Source: a virus (lineage: Duplodnaviria > Caudoviricetes). Taken from it: 42,079 nt of DNA. Numbering within the stretch: position 1 is the first letter of the stretch; each line of letters begins with the position of its first letter. Where the stretch lies: positions 1-42,079 of the IMG/VR virus record IMGVR_UViG_3300025518_000034. One strand, given 5' to 3'. The position numbers and the translations under genes are program-made. The notes under the pieces were generated by a model that saw only the letters and a program-made list of their open reading frames with translations, searched no databases and was not told the DNA's origin. Positions 1 through 9,158 of this stretch are shown here, piece after piece.

Positions 1-123
1 TCATTTCCAGCCCACCCACATCACCAGTCCGAGGCCGAGACCAGCGGCCATGGCGCTTGCGACCAGAAAGACCGCCGCACCACCCAGGCCGATCAGAAGC
101 CAGATCGATTCACGCTCACCCAT
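1..123 (-). CDS. 40-aa membrane protein of the lysis region
   Basis: Hand translation MGERESIWLLIGLGGAAVFLVASAMAAGLGLGLVMWVGWK. ATG at 123 lies just after the upstream stop; TGA at 1-3; long hydrophobic run. Confidence 0.65.
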   Translation of the reverse strand: MGERESIWLLIGLGGAAVFLVASAMAAGLGLGLVMWVGWK

Positions 124-124
124 A

Positions 125-322
125 TCAGCCCCACCTTTCGTCTTTGGCCGGAATCACCGGCCGGGTTTCGGGTGGCAAGCCACCCATGGACAGGCAAACC
201 GTGCGCTCGAGCACATCGATCTCCTGCATGATCTCGTTGACGCTCACAGCCTCCCAGGCAACCGCCCGAAGCCTGTCGAAGGCTTCGCCGACGGCGGTAG
301 GGATCACTGCGCGGCCCGACAT
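125..322 (-). CDS. Hypothetical protein, 65 aa
   Basis: Overlaps the endolysin 3' end and abuts the next ORF, giving operon-like packing. Confidence 0.5.
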   Translation of the reverse strand: MSGRAVIPTAVGEAFDRLRAVAWEAVSVNEIMQEIDVLERTVCLSMGGLPPETRPVIPAKDERWG

Positions 323-867
323 TTCTCGGCTCTCTCTGTGCTACGTTTACCGACACCTGAGCAGATGCGATTGCCGGGCGTTGTGCAGTCGAAGCGCCAA
401 CGAATTGGGCGACCGGCTGCGTCAAATCTGAATGGCTCCCAGCCCGAACGAGCGACCGGACTCGTCATGAACCGCCACGCGAGGTAGGCTTCACACGCTT
501 CGGCGTAGCGACGCTCGTTGGTCAAGCGCACGATGCTGCTGCCGCACGTGGCCACCGTCCCGTACTGGTAGGCGTGATCGACAAGCAGGTCGTACTCGAT
601 CTGGCTGACCGGTGCGGTCACGCACTGGCGCAGACGGCTCTCGTCGCGCTGGATGTGCGCAAGGGTCCGGGCAACAGCCTGCGGCGGTGTGATCGTGTCG
701 CCCATGCGCACCGGGCTGCCGTCATCGCGGAAGGTGGACCCAAAGCCAACGGTCGGCCGGTCGCCCTGCACAGGAATGACAGCCCTGTCGGTGTAGCCCT
801 CATGGGCAATGAGCCCCACCAGAGCGGCAGCCGAGAGGGACAGTCCAGATGCCGCCCATCGGTTCAT
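304..867 (-). CDS. Endolysin, GH24 lysozyme with probable SAR N-terminus
   Basis: Ala/Gly/Leu/Ser-rich N-terminal helix, then EGY...GDRPTVGFGST, AYQYG and CSGVGKR motifs. Confidence 0.92.
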   Translation of the reverse strand: MNRWAASGLSLSAAALVGLIAHEGYTDRAVIPVQGDRPTVGFGSTFRDDGSPVRMGDTITPPQAVARTLAHIQRDESRLRQCVTAPVSQIEYDLLVDHAYQYGTVATCGSSIVRLTNERRYAEACEAYLAWRFMTSPVARSGWEPFRFDAAGRPIRWRFDCTTPGNRICSGVGKRSTERAEKCRAAQ

Positions 868-1046
868 GGCGTACCCCTCGCAGCCCAGGCCTCAACGCCG
901 GCCAGAGCGCCCACCGGCACCGCCATCGCCGCGAAGATGGACGCGGCGGACTCAGGGTGCACCAAGGCCACGGCCGTGCCGCAGACCACAAACAGCGCGA
1001 CCACCTTGCCACGCTGGCGCAGGATCCCAGCCAGGTTATCGGTCAT
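864..1046 (-). CDS. Small two-TM protein, holin/antiholin candidate (60 aa, MTDNLAG...)
   Basis: Two hydrophobic segments; ATGA overlap with the endolysin start. Confidence 0.65.
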   Translation of the reverse strand: MTDNLAGILRQRGKVVALFVVCGTAVALVHPESAASIFAAMAVPVGALAGVEAWAARGTP

Positions 1047-1308
1047 GCAGGTCTCCCGGCTTGGTCTGCATCTGCCGCATGCGCTTCTGGTGCTCGGCCT
1101 CGCGGCGTTCGTCTTCGCGGCGCTCCCGGGCATCGCGCCGGTGCTGGAAATACCAGTTGGTCAGCAGGCCCAGGACCGCAACGGCGGCGCCGATGATGGC
1201 CAACCATTCGTTGTGACTCAGGCCTCCTACCACGGCGGTGCCCGCCCCTGTCGTTGTCAATTTGCTTGCGTAGCTGCTCATGGTGGCGTCAGTGATTTCT
1301 CGCTTCAT
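1036..1308 (-). CDS. Holin
   Basis: 90 aa with TM segment WLAIIGAAVAVLGLLTNWYF and a highly charged C-terminal tail; first gene of the lysis cassette. Confidence 0.8.
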   Translation of the reverse strand: MKREITDATMSSYASKLTTTGAGTAVVGGLSHNEWLAIIGAAVAVLGLLTNWYFQHRRDARERREDERREAEHQKRMRQMQTKPGDLHDR

Positions 1309-1325
1309 GCTGTGCTTTGGTGGTT

Positions 1326-1553
1326 TCAGATTTCGATGGTGATTGGCGACAGCGCGGGTGCAGGGCCTTCGACCAGGCCACCGCGAACGAACACGCGGTC
1401 ATCGACATCGGCGACACCTCGAACGCGCTGCGTGCCGCCGCCTGGGAACTCGACGGTCACAGAGCCGTCGCCATGGTCCACGGTGACAACGCCCGACAGC
1501 AGCGGGGCCTGCGGCAGGAGGTCGAGCAGCGCCCGATAGACGTTGGTTTGCAT
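1326..1553 (-). CDS. Small tail-tip protein (75 aa, MQTNVY...)
   Basis: TGATG overlap with the upstream tail gene; beta-rich sequence. Confidence 0.7.
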   Translation of the reverse strand: MQTNVYRALLDLLPQAPLLSGVVTVDHGDGSVTVEFPGGGTQRVRGVADVDDRVFVRGGLVEGPAPALSPITIEI

Positions 1554-3400
1554 CACGCGACCTCCAGGTGACGTTCGATGGCAACGCTTTGCCGAACCGA
1601 CTGCCCCAGGGCCGCGCTGACGCTGACGCCACGCACGCGACCTCTCCAAGGCGATGAGGTGTTGATCTGGACCAGCTGTCCCACGTCGAGCACGCCAGGC
1701 TGGCCGACGCCTGTGAGGACCGGCAGGCTGACCTGCACCAGGTGCTTCGGGCCTGCAGCCCCGAGGACCGACAGCCCTCGCTGCAGGGCGACCTCCTGCG
1801 TCGTCATGAGCTGATCGGTCACCAGTTGGCCGAGCTTGTCGCCAGCACTGCCCGTGCGGCGCACCAACGCGAGCACTCCATGCGTGGTGCCGCTGACATA
1901 GACGGCATTGAGGTCGTCACCATCGCGGCGCTCGACTGCCGTGGTCACCAACGCGTCGGGCGCCAGCTCAACATCGGGTGTCACGTCCGGGTGGTACCAG
2001 TTCCATGGGCCGCCCACCATGCCACCAGCCAGCTCTGGGTAGGGGTGGCGGGTCATCAGTGTTTCGGCGCTTCGGTGGCTCTGCAGATAACCGCCAGCCG
2101 CCTCGGCTATGAGCTGCACAGCCGACAAGGGCGTGCCCAGATGGCTCCAGGCGCTGGCCGGCACGAGCCAGTCGGTCAGCCCCCAGTCAAGATCGACGCC
2201 TGTCGCATCCAGGGCCTGCAGGGCCAGCTGCTGCGCCGTGGCGGGCGCGCCTGGGTTGGCGTGGGTCTCTTCCCGCCGCCAGGGTCGGCCCAGCAATGCC
2301 GTTGCGCTACGACCACTGATGCGGACCACGCGACTGCCGAACTGGTGGTCCTCAGCAATGGACTCGATCAGGAAGACAAACGGGATGCCATCGAGCGTGA
2401 TGCGGATACGCGCCGGCAGGCCGGCCACAGGCGCAAGCTGGTCGAACAGCGTGCGTGGACCGGTGGCGCTGAACTTCCAGCAGAACGATCCAGCGTCCGC
2501 CGACAGATCGACGTTGAAGATGGGCACGCTGGACAGATCCGGCAGGCGCACCGCGGTGAGTGAGTGAACGATCATGTAATACCTCGCAGGGAGGATCTGC
2601 AGCGGCGCGCCCGGCTCCGGTGGCGGCAGCACGCACACCCGCCCAAAGACCAGATTGACGGGCCCACCAGTCCAGGGCGGGCAGGCGAACACCAGGTGCG
2701 TGCTGGGCACCCTGGGCGTCACCGTCCCAGGATCCACCGGTGGCCACACCTCGCGGCCGGGCGGGATGACGCGGGCCACATCCCACGGCCACAGCGACGT
2801 CAGGCCGGCAGCGGCTGCCACTTGGCGCCCGCCGCTTGCCAGCGCCTGCAAACGGGCGGCCAGCAGCCAGGGCACGACCCGATCGGTGTGCACCTGAAGG
2901 CCAACCTTGTGCGGCGCGCGTGAGGTGGCATGCAGGGCAGCCGCGACCTGCCAGGGCAGCAGCGCCTGTGCCCGCAGCATCTCAGCGGCCTGGTGCGCGA
3001 ACGCTGCCAGGGTGCCAGCCGGCACAGCCAGCACCCAGGGCACAGCGCGCTGGTCAACGATGCGGCCGGGGCGATTCCAGCCGGTGTCGGTCTCGCGCGC
3101 AGCGCGGCCAGCCTGCTGCCAGGTGGTGCGCTCCTCGCGCAGGTCCTGGCGACTGGTGCCCCAGCCGACGCGCGTCTCTGGCAGCGCCCTGGCGGCCACC
3201 TGGTGGGGCAGTCTGGCGATGGTGCTGGCGCGGCGCGGGTTGCGGTTGTCGTACGCGACCACCGCCTGGAACGTCATGGCCGAGAACGTAGCCGTGATCG
3301 TGACCGTTGAGTCACCACCTCCAGTTCCGCCTGAGTCGCCGAACACCAGGTCAACAGGGCCCCCGGTGTAGCGCGGCCGGCTGAATACCAAGTCGGCCAC
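1553..3400 (-). CDS. Tail/baseplate hub-like protein with a repetitive N-terminal half
   Basis: 615 aa in the tail module; 14-aa periodic repeats followed by a globular C-terminal half. Confidence 0.75.
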   Translation of the reverse strand: MADLVFSRPRYTGGPVDLVFGDSGGTGGGDSTVTITATFSAMTFQAVVAYDNRNPRRASTIARLPHQVAARALPETRVGWGTSRQDLREERTTWQQAGRAARETDTGWNRPGRIVDQRAVPWVLAVPAGTLAAFAHQAAEMLRAQALLPWQVAAALHATSRAPHKVGLQVHTDRVVPWLLAARLQALASGGRQVAAAAGLTSLWPWDVARVIPPGREVWPPVDPGTVTPRVPSTHLVFACPPWTGGPVNLVFGRVCVLPPPEPGAPLQILPARYYMIVHSLTAVRLPDLSSVPIFNVDLSADAGSFCWKFSATGPRTLFDQLAPVAGLPARIRITLDGIPFVFLIESIAEDHQFGSRVVRISGRSATALLGRPWRREETHANPGAPATAQQLALQALDATGVDLDWGLTDWLVPASAWSHLGTPLSAVQLIAEAAGGYLQSHRSAETLMTRHPYPELAGGMVGGPWNWYHPDVTPDVELAPDALVTTAVERRDGDDLNAVYVSGTTHGVLALVRRTGSAGDKLGQLVTDQLMTTQEVALQRGLSVLGAAGPKHLVQVSLPVLTGVGQPGVLDVGQLVQINTSSPWRGRVRGVSVSAALGQSVRQSVAIERHLEVA

Positions 3401-3401
3401 G

Positions 3402-3809
3402 TCAGGGCTCCGCGAACGTACCGGTGACGGTCAACTGCCCGCCGGTCCAGATCTGTGCAGACGTCGGGTTGTCATCATCGGACACAATCGCCTGCGCACC
3501 ACTCCCGGGCGGGCCGGCCGTCACGTCATAGACACCCACGCCATCGCCATCAACGAACCGACCCCAGGTCGGCTGGCCACTTGTGGCGGCGTTGCCGACC
3601 ACGCTCAGCAGCAGGATGGCCAACGTCTCATGCAGCGCAAACGACTCGACATCGAGCGCAATGATGGCCAGGGGCGAGCCCGCCGGCGCCTCACCCGGGT
3701 TGCTGGCCATGGGGCCGTCAAGCAGCAAAAGCGACCCGCCATCGCTGGCCAGTATCAGGTCCCGGACGGTCACAAGCCGGGCACGGCGAGCGGCGAGCGA
3801 AAGACTCAC
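3402..3809 (-). CDS. Minor tail protein
   Basis: 135 aa, tightly packed in the tail operon. Confidence 0.7.
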   Translation of the reverse strand: MSLSLAARRARLVTVRDLILASDGGSLLLLDGPMASNPGEAPAGSPLAIIALDVESFALHETLAILLLSVVGNAATSGQPTWGRFVDGDGVGVYDVTAGPPGSGAQAIVSDDDNPTSAQIWTGGQLTVTGTFAEP

Positions 3810-4108
3810 GGCATCGGCTCCGCGACCACGTCGGTCTCGATGACGCCACCGAAGAGCCCAGTGTGATCAAACGCCGTCACGTAGTAGGTGCCAGCCGCGA
3901 TCAGGCTGAAAACATACTCGCCGGTGGCGGCGTCCGACCACACCTCGGCCATCATCAGCCCGTCGGTCTGGCGGTGCAGGCGGACACGGCGACGCACAGG
4001 CGTCGGCGGTGTGCCTGTGTTCCGGGTCGTGCCGGCGACACGATGGAGACCAGCGCGACCGATCAGGTAGACCAGTGCGATGTTGTCCTGCGTCGTAACC
4101 GCTGGCAT
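3806..4108 (-). CDS. Tail-associated beta-sandwich protein (about 100 aa)
   Basis: WSDAATGEYVF...GTYYVTAFD pattern; TGATG overlap at 4108. Confidence 0.7.
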   Translation of the reverse strand: MPAVTTQDNIALVYLIGRAGLHRVAGTTRNTGTPPTPVRRRVRLHRQTDGLMMAEVWSDAATGEYVFSLIAAGTYYVTAFDHTGLFGGVIETDVVAEPMP

Positions 4109-5268
4109 CAGCGCCACCCATCCAGTCGAATGCAGTGGTGAGCGGTCTGCGCGGCAGTCCTTGTGGGCAAGTGCAGAAACTGCTTAGATCCAGCAGCAAC
4201 CACCTGTCGATCCCCAAAGCCAGTTGTGGTGCCGTTTGCGAGCAACCATGCGAGTCCGGGCAGACGACCGCGGATACACGGTCCCGTGCTTATCACATAG
4301 ACCAGGTCCTGAATGACCGGGTTTGCGTAAATGCCGGCGTTCTGGTACTGCGTCGATCCGGACTGGTTTGCATTTCCAGGGGCCCCGGTAATGCTCTGCA
4401 GCGCCGGGGCGGTCTCGGCGAGCAGCACGCCTCGTGGTGCATAGCATCCGACGTTGACGGTCGGGTTTGTCGCAATGTTTGTGCCGGTGGCCAGTCCCCA
4501 CGATGGCGAATTCGAGACTGCGGTTGTCGTCTGCGTGGCAAGCAGCGTGCCACCAGCATCGCCCTCGTAGAACGACTCGAAGTCGCCAAACCAGTTGATG
4601 AGGAACACCGGCCCGGTATTGCACTCCGCTGCGAAGTAAAACCCTCGGTCGTCACCAGCCACGACCCAGGCCTTCGGAGTCGCGTTGTTCGTCCCGCCAC
4701 GCTGCACGTAGGCACCGCCAGACACCTGGGCCGATGACGGGAATTCACCAGAGTAGGTGTTGAGGTCTGTGATGCTGGCCGTCGGAATACCAACCCAGCG
4801 AGACATGGAGGCCGACCCGGAGTCGTCGACCCGCAGACTGTTCGGCCTCGCCTCGGGCGCCGTGGACGCAAAGATGGCAATGTTCGTGCCGGTGTGCGTC
4901 TCGGCCCACCCCAGCGGCGCGCGCTTGGCGCTGATCGTACCGGTGTAGGTCCCGTCGGCCACGCCAGGGGCCGGGAACGTGAACGTGTTGGTCAGCACGT
5001 TGCCGATGCGCTTGCGCCCGTTGAGCTCGGACACCGGCGCCCCCTCGATGAGCACCAGCTTGCCATAGGCTGCCGAGAAGCCATGCGTAGCGGCCGTGAC
5101 TGTGGCCACGCCGCTGGCGACCACGATGCTGGTCACAGACACCGCGCCGAAGCCGTTGATCAGGCACGAGCGCAGCACCTCCAGCAGGCTGCCGGCCGCG
5201 TTGTTGAGCGTAGGCGCCCCCGCCTCCGACGAATCGAACCAGCAGGGGGTGGATGCGGGCAATGTCAC
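4108..5268 (-). CDS. Tail fibre / receptor-binding protein candidate
   Basis: 386 aa, Gly/Thr/Ser/Asn-rich, downstream of the large tail protein. Confidence 0.7.
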   Translation of the reverse strand: MTLPASTPCWFDSSEAGAPTLNNAAGSLLEVLRSCLINGFGAVSVTSIVVASGVATVTAATHGFSAAYGKLVLIEGAPVSELNGRKRIGNVLTNTFTFPAPGVADGTYTGTISAKRAPLGWAETHTGTNIAIFASTAPEARPNSLRVDDSGSASMSRWVGIPTASITDLNTYSGEFPSSAQVSGGAYVQRGGTNNATPKAWVVAGDDRGFYFAAECNTGPVFLINWFGDFESFYEGDAGGTLLATQTTTAVSNSPSWGLATGTNIATNPTVNVGCYAPRGVLLAETAPALQSITGAPGNANQSGSTQYQNAGIYANPVIQDLVYVISTGPCIRGRLPGLAWLLANGTTTGFGDRQVVAAGSKQFLHLPTRTAAQTAHHCIRLDGWR

Positions 5269-5280
5269 TCAGGTCTCCTG

Positions 5281-8200
5281 TCAGGGGGCGTCCACGTCAG
5301 TGCGGAACGCAATTTCTGCATAGTCGCTCTGCACGCTGGGCGGGCCCTGCAGCACAGTCAGGGCAGCCCAGGCTGGGGCACCGCATGCGGCCGTGTTGAA
5401 GCGCAGCACGTTGCCCACAGCCCAGCCACCGCCCCAGCCGAGCGGGTCAATCTCGAAGTAGGGTGCGCCGGTCTGCGGGTTGATCGCCTCGATCACGTCG
5501 TTGATCGACACGTTGGTCAGCACCTGACCGACGTTTTCACCCACAACGCGCACCTGGGTGGCCCCCGTGAAGATGACCGCCCAGCGCTCGGTGATCGCGC
5601 CCCGGTTGGTCACCTCGACCGGGAAGTCGATGTTGTTGAAGCTGGCCGTTGGCGCGCTACCGATCAGGCTGTCAGACCAGACACCGGTCCAGGTCGCCTG
5701 CTCCAGGTAGCCGAACGTCCGGGCGAACAGGTCACCCTTGCGCAGCTTGCTCGACACGTAGCTGGTCTCGGCCGGGTAGTCGTGCGTCAGCCCGGCCACC
5801 AGGTCCAGACGTCCGCTGATGTCGGCACGCAGCACCAGCAACTCGTCCTCGATGCGGTGCTCGACGCTGAAAGGCTGGTCGAAGCCGCTCAGGTCGGTGC
5901 CGATCGGGAACGTGATTGTCCCGGCGTTGAAATTGACTGTGTACCGGTCACCGGGCACCTTGATACCGGCCACGGTCCGCACCTTGACGGCCGCGATTCG
6001 CTCGCGCCCCAGGTCATAGGCCGTGCCCAGCGTCACAGGATTGGGCAGCACGGTGGTCAGCGTGTTGTGCACCAGCACCTGACCACCGGGCCGGAAGATC
6101 GGCACCCTGCCGTCCAGCGGCAAACGCGTGGTCTTGACCCCCAGCAGATCCTCGTCCAGCGGCACGTACTGCAGGTAGACCGCGTTGTAGGTGACCTCGT
6201 CGGCGCGCACCGGCACACCCGTGCTGGGGCCAAGGTCGTCCACCGCCCAGCGCACGATGCCGCGGACGAAGTCCACCAGGCCATCGAAGCCGCCCGAGAG
6301 CACACCGCCGCTGTTTGCCGAGCCGATGACCGCGCCGGCCTGCAACTGGAACGCTCCAGCCTTGATCGGCGCCACACCGACCCTGAACACGCCCTGGTAG
6401 ACGTTGAGCATGGACGCCGCGTCCAGCGCGGCGTTGGCCCAGATGACCGAGTTGCTCGATCCACCCGGCAGCGACTGGCCCATGCTGATCAGGCCTTCGC
6501 TGCTGACGCTGCCCACCGGGGTGGTGGCAGCTGTGCCCACATGCCAGCCGCGCGAGAGCGCGCCGTCGCGCGAGGCGTGCACCGCGCCGGCCCAGGTGAA
6601 CGCCAGGCCATTGGTGACCAGATTCAGGCCCACGGCCGGCGTGACCTCGATCAGCCAGGGCGGCGAGACCGCCACGCTCTGAACCGATGCGCCTGCGGCC
6701 GGCAGGTAGCCCATCTGCAGCACCCCGTCGACATTCAGCGTGTACGAAGTGTTTTCGGTGATGACCCGGTCGTAGTACCAGGGGTCAGACCCGCCCTGCC
6801 ACGAACTCGACGAGGTGCGCTCCACGCGTGTCGATGACAGCGTGACGCCACCTGCGGCCAGGCTCACTGCACCTGTGGTGTTGTTGATCGTGCCGATGAC
6901 CGTATTGCCGGCCGGCGTGCGGGCATAGACATCGGTGCCGCGCGAGAAGCAGTTGAAGACGTAGGTCAGCCCCGTCGACGCCGTGGCAAACAGCCGAAAG
7001 CGCAGGCTGCCGGCCGCGATGGGTGCACCGGTGAGCGTGTAGTTGCCGCCGCCGTCATTCGTGAACGCGGCGTTCTCGGCCTGGCTTTCGTAGCTGACCG
7101 TGATCAGACCGTCGGGCATGGTGTCCGGGCTGAACAGCACGCGGTAGCTGCCGCCGTCCAGGCGCTCGACCTCACGGATCTGGGCCGGGCCGGTGACGGT
7201 GCCGTTGGCCGCCAACGAGGCGTTGTACGTCGTGCCGCCGCGGCTCCATTCAAACGCCAGCGTGCCCGGTGCCGGCGGCTCAGCCAGCGGGATGGCCGCC
7301 CAGGCGCGCGTGGGCAGCCCTGTGGCCGCTTGAGCGGTCTCGGCATCGCCCCAAAGGAAGATGATGTCGCTGCCGACGTCTGGGATGGCCCCGAGGCTCA
7401 GCGCCAGCGAGCCGGTCTGGAAGGACAGCGTGCCCGACCCATAGCTGCTATCAGCGCCGGCCAGGCGCCCGGTTCCGTCCTCTTCGAGCGTGTACCAGCG
7501 ACCCTGTGCCATGTAGCTGACCACCAGGGTGCCCGGCGCTGGCGGCGGCTCGAAAGCGAAAACCCAGGCCAACCCCTGGTTGCCGGGCGTGATCTCCTGG
7601 CTGGCCGAGTGAGCCAGTGCCCCGACCACGGTGGCCGGCCGGTAGCTGAGCGTGAGCGACTGCGTGCCGTAGCTGGGCGCAGAGCCCGACATCGTCACCG
7701 CGCCGTTGCGGTAGTTGACAGTGCCGACGACGGTCGTGCCCTGCAGCACCTCGCCAGCGTTGTTCGTCGTGAACGCCGTCGCGCCATGCGTGAACGCGAC
7801 CGTGGTCGGCTCTGCAGCGGTGGGCATGCGCAGCACCGTGCCAGGACCCAGCGCCAGCGACTGCGCCGGCAGCGTGAGCACCGCAGCTGAGGTGCGCGAC
7901 AGACTGGGACGCGGCACCAGCGGATACACGTCCAGCACAGGCTCCTCGACCGTCGCGGCCGGAACGATCGGCGAGTAGATGCCGTCCTCGGTCGTCACTG
8001 ACCGGTCTCCGATCTCGGCAGCGATGCCCAGGCGCTTAACGCCATAGAACCGCGCACCCACGCTGGGCGTGGTCGAGTAGGCCACGGCCGTGTTGCTGGC
8101 CGACGGGTCGGTCAGCTGGATCGCCTTGCCCTGCAGATCGAATTCGAGCTCGTTGCTAAGCTCACACGAGCACAGGTTGATCTCGCGCTGGCCACCGTCC

Positions 8201-8727
8201 AGGAACACCAAGGCGGTGCTCAGCGTGGTCTTGAGCACCCGCACGTACTGCTCCTGGCCGCTGGGGTTGCGCACCACGATCGTGTCGCCCGGCTCCGGGA
8301 AGCTCGTGCCCGGGGCGATGTTGTACAGCTGCAGCAGCAGCGCGCCCTGGTAGTGCACATCCTGGATCCGGCTGAGCAGGCGGGCGCCTTTGACCAGATA
8401 GCGCTCGATCATGTCGGTGGCATCGGTCCGCTCGCTGAACCACCCATCCACCTCGACCAGGTTGACATGCACCAGCGGGTCCTCGGGCGGCGCCAGCACG
8501 GCAAAGCTGGCCCCCAGCAGCAGGTCGGTGTCGTCGGTGTGCGCCGCGCCGAACACCTTGCGCAGGCGGAATCGACCGCTGGCCCGGTCGTCGCTGGACG
8601 TATCCGGGAAAATGTTGTTCGACTGGCCGTCGACCACCTCGATACCGGTGGCCGCGCCGCCACCCTCGGGCACGTCGGCCATGACGGCGGACCGCAGCAG
8701 TTTGATGTCGTCAGATTGGATGGGCAT
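5281..8727 (-). CDS. Large tail-tip protein (1148 aa, start MPIQSDDIKLL)
   Basis: Long beta-rich ORF two genes after the tape measure. The track's upstream extension overlaps another gene, so the ATG at 8727 was chosen. Confidence 0.85.
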   Translation of the reverse strand: MPIQSDDIKLLRSAVMADVPEGGGAATGIEVVDGQSNNIFPDTSSDDRASGRFRLRKVFGAAHTDDTDLLLGASFAVLAPPEDPLVHVNLVEVDGWFSERTDATDMIERYLVKGARLLSRIQDVHYQGALLLQLYNIAPGTSFPEPGDTIVVRNPSGQEQYVRVLKTTLSTALVFLDGGQREINLCSCELSNELEFDLQGKAIQLTDPSASNTAVAYSTTPSVGARFYGVKRLGIAAEIGDRSVTTEDGIYSPIVPAATVEEPVLDVYPLVPRPSLSRTSAAVLTLPAQSLALGPGTVLRMPTAAEPTTVAFTHGATAFTTNNAGEVLQGTTVVGTVNYRNGAVTMSGSAPSYGTQSLTLSYRPATVVGALAHSASQEITPGNQGLAWVFAFEPPPAPGTLVVSYMAQGRWYTLEEDGTGRLAGADSSYGSGTLSFQTGSLALSLGAIPDVGSDIIFLWGDAETAQAATGLPTRAWAAIPLAEPPAPGTLAFEWSRGGTTYNASLAANGTVTGPAQIREVERLDGGSYRVLFSPDTMPDGLITVSYESQAENAAFTNDGGGNYTLTGAPIAAGSLRFRLFATASTGLTYVFNCFSRGTDVYARTPAGNTVIGTINNTTGAVSLAAGGVTLSSTRVERTSSSSWQGGSDPWYYDRVITENTSYTLNVDGVLQMGYLPAAGASVQSVAVSPPWLIEVTPAVGLNLVTNGLAFTWAGAVHASRDGALSRGWHVGTAATTPVGSVSSEGLISMGQSLPGGSSNSVIWANAALDAASMLNVYQGVFRVGVAPIKAGAFQLQAGAVIGSANSGGVLSGGFDGLVDFVRGIVRWAVDDLGPSTGVPVRADEVTYNAVYLQYVPLDEDLLGVKTTRLPLDGRVPIFRPGGQVLVHNTLTTVLPNPVTLGTAYDLGRERIAAVKVRTVAGIKVPGDRYTVNFNAGTITFPIGTDLSGFDQPFSVEHRIEDELLVLRADISGRLDLVAGLTHDYPAETSYVSSKLRKGDLFARTFGYLEQATWTGVWSDSLIGSAPTASFNNIDFPVEVTNRGAITERWAVIFTGATQVRVVGENVGQVLTNVSINDVIEAINPQTGAPYFEIDPLGWGGGWAVGNVLRFNTAACGAPAWAALTVLQGPPSVQSDYAEIAFRTDVDAP

Positions 8728-8741
8728 TTGCAGGTGTCCGA

Positions 8742-9155
8742 TCAGATTTCCAGGAAGCGCAGGACCAGGCTGTACCAGTCTTCGGGCTGGGGGTCGCTGT
8801 AGGGCACCACCGGTTCCGCAGTGATCGCGACCTCCTCGTGGTTCCAGGCCACGCTGTAGTTCGTACCGTTGATGGACAAGGTCATCTGCAGGCCTGCCTG
8901 CTGTGACCAGGCATTTAGGGTCTGCAGGGCCGGGCGCAGGCACCAGGCGTAGTCGACCGATCCGGTCAAGGTGATGGGGCGCCCAGCCTGGCGCACCCAC
9001 TCATCGATGAGCAGGGCACCCGTGGTGCTGTACTGTTTGGCCTGTTCCACCCGCTTCCACGCGAACTCATCCGTCCAGATCAGGTCTGGCGGCAGCGTCA
9101 GGGCCAGGGGCGTCCCACCAGCACCAGCTGTCGGGTGTGTGAGGGAGTAACCCAT
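8742..9155 (-). CDS. Distal-tail-like protein
   Basis: 137 aa directly after the tape measure gene. Confidence 0.7.
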   Translation of the reverse strand: MGYSLTHPTAGAGGTPLALTLPPDLIWTDEFAWKRVEQAKQYSTTGALLIDEWVRQAGRPITLTGSVDYAWCLRPALQTLNAWSQQAGLQMTLSINGTNYSVAWNHEEVAITAEPVVPYSDPQPEDWYSLVLRFLEI

Positions 9156-9158
9156 GCG

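Noticed and set aside
93-425. Nested Rz1-like lipoprotein
   Set aside because: No signal peptide or lipobox cysteine.
1553-8727. Diversity-generating retroelement or invertible tail segment
   Set aside because: No reverse transcriptase or invertase, and I saw no template/variable repeat pair or flanking inverted repeats.
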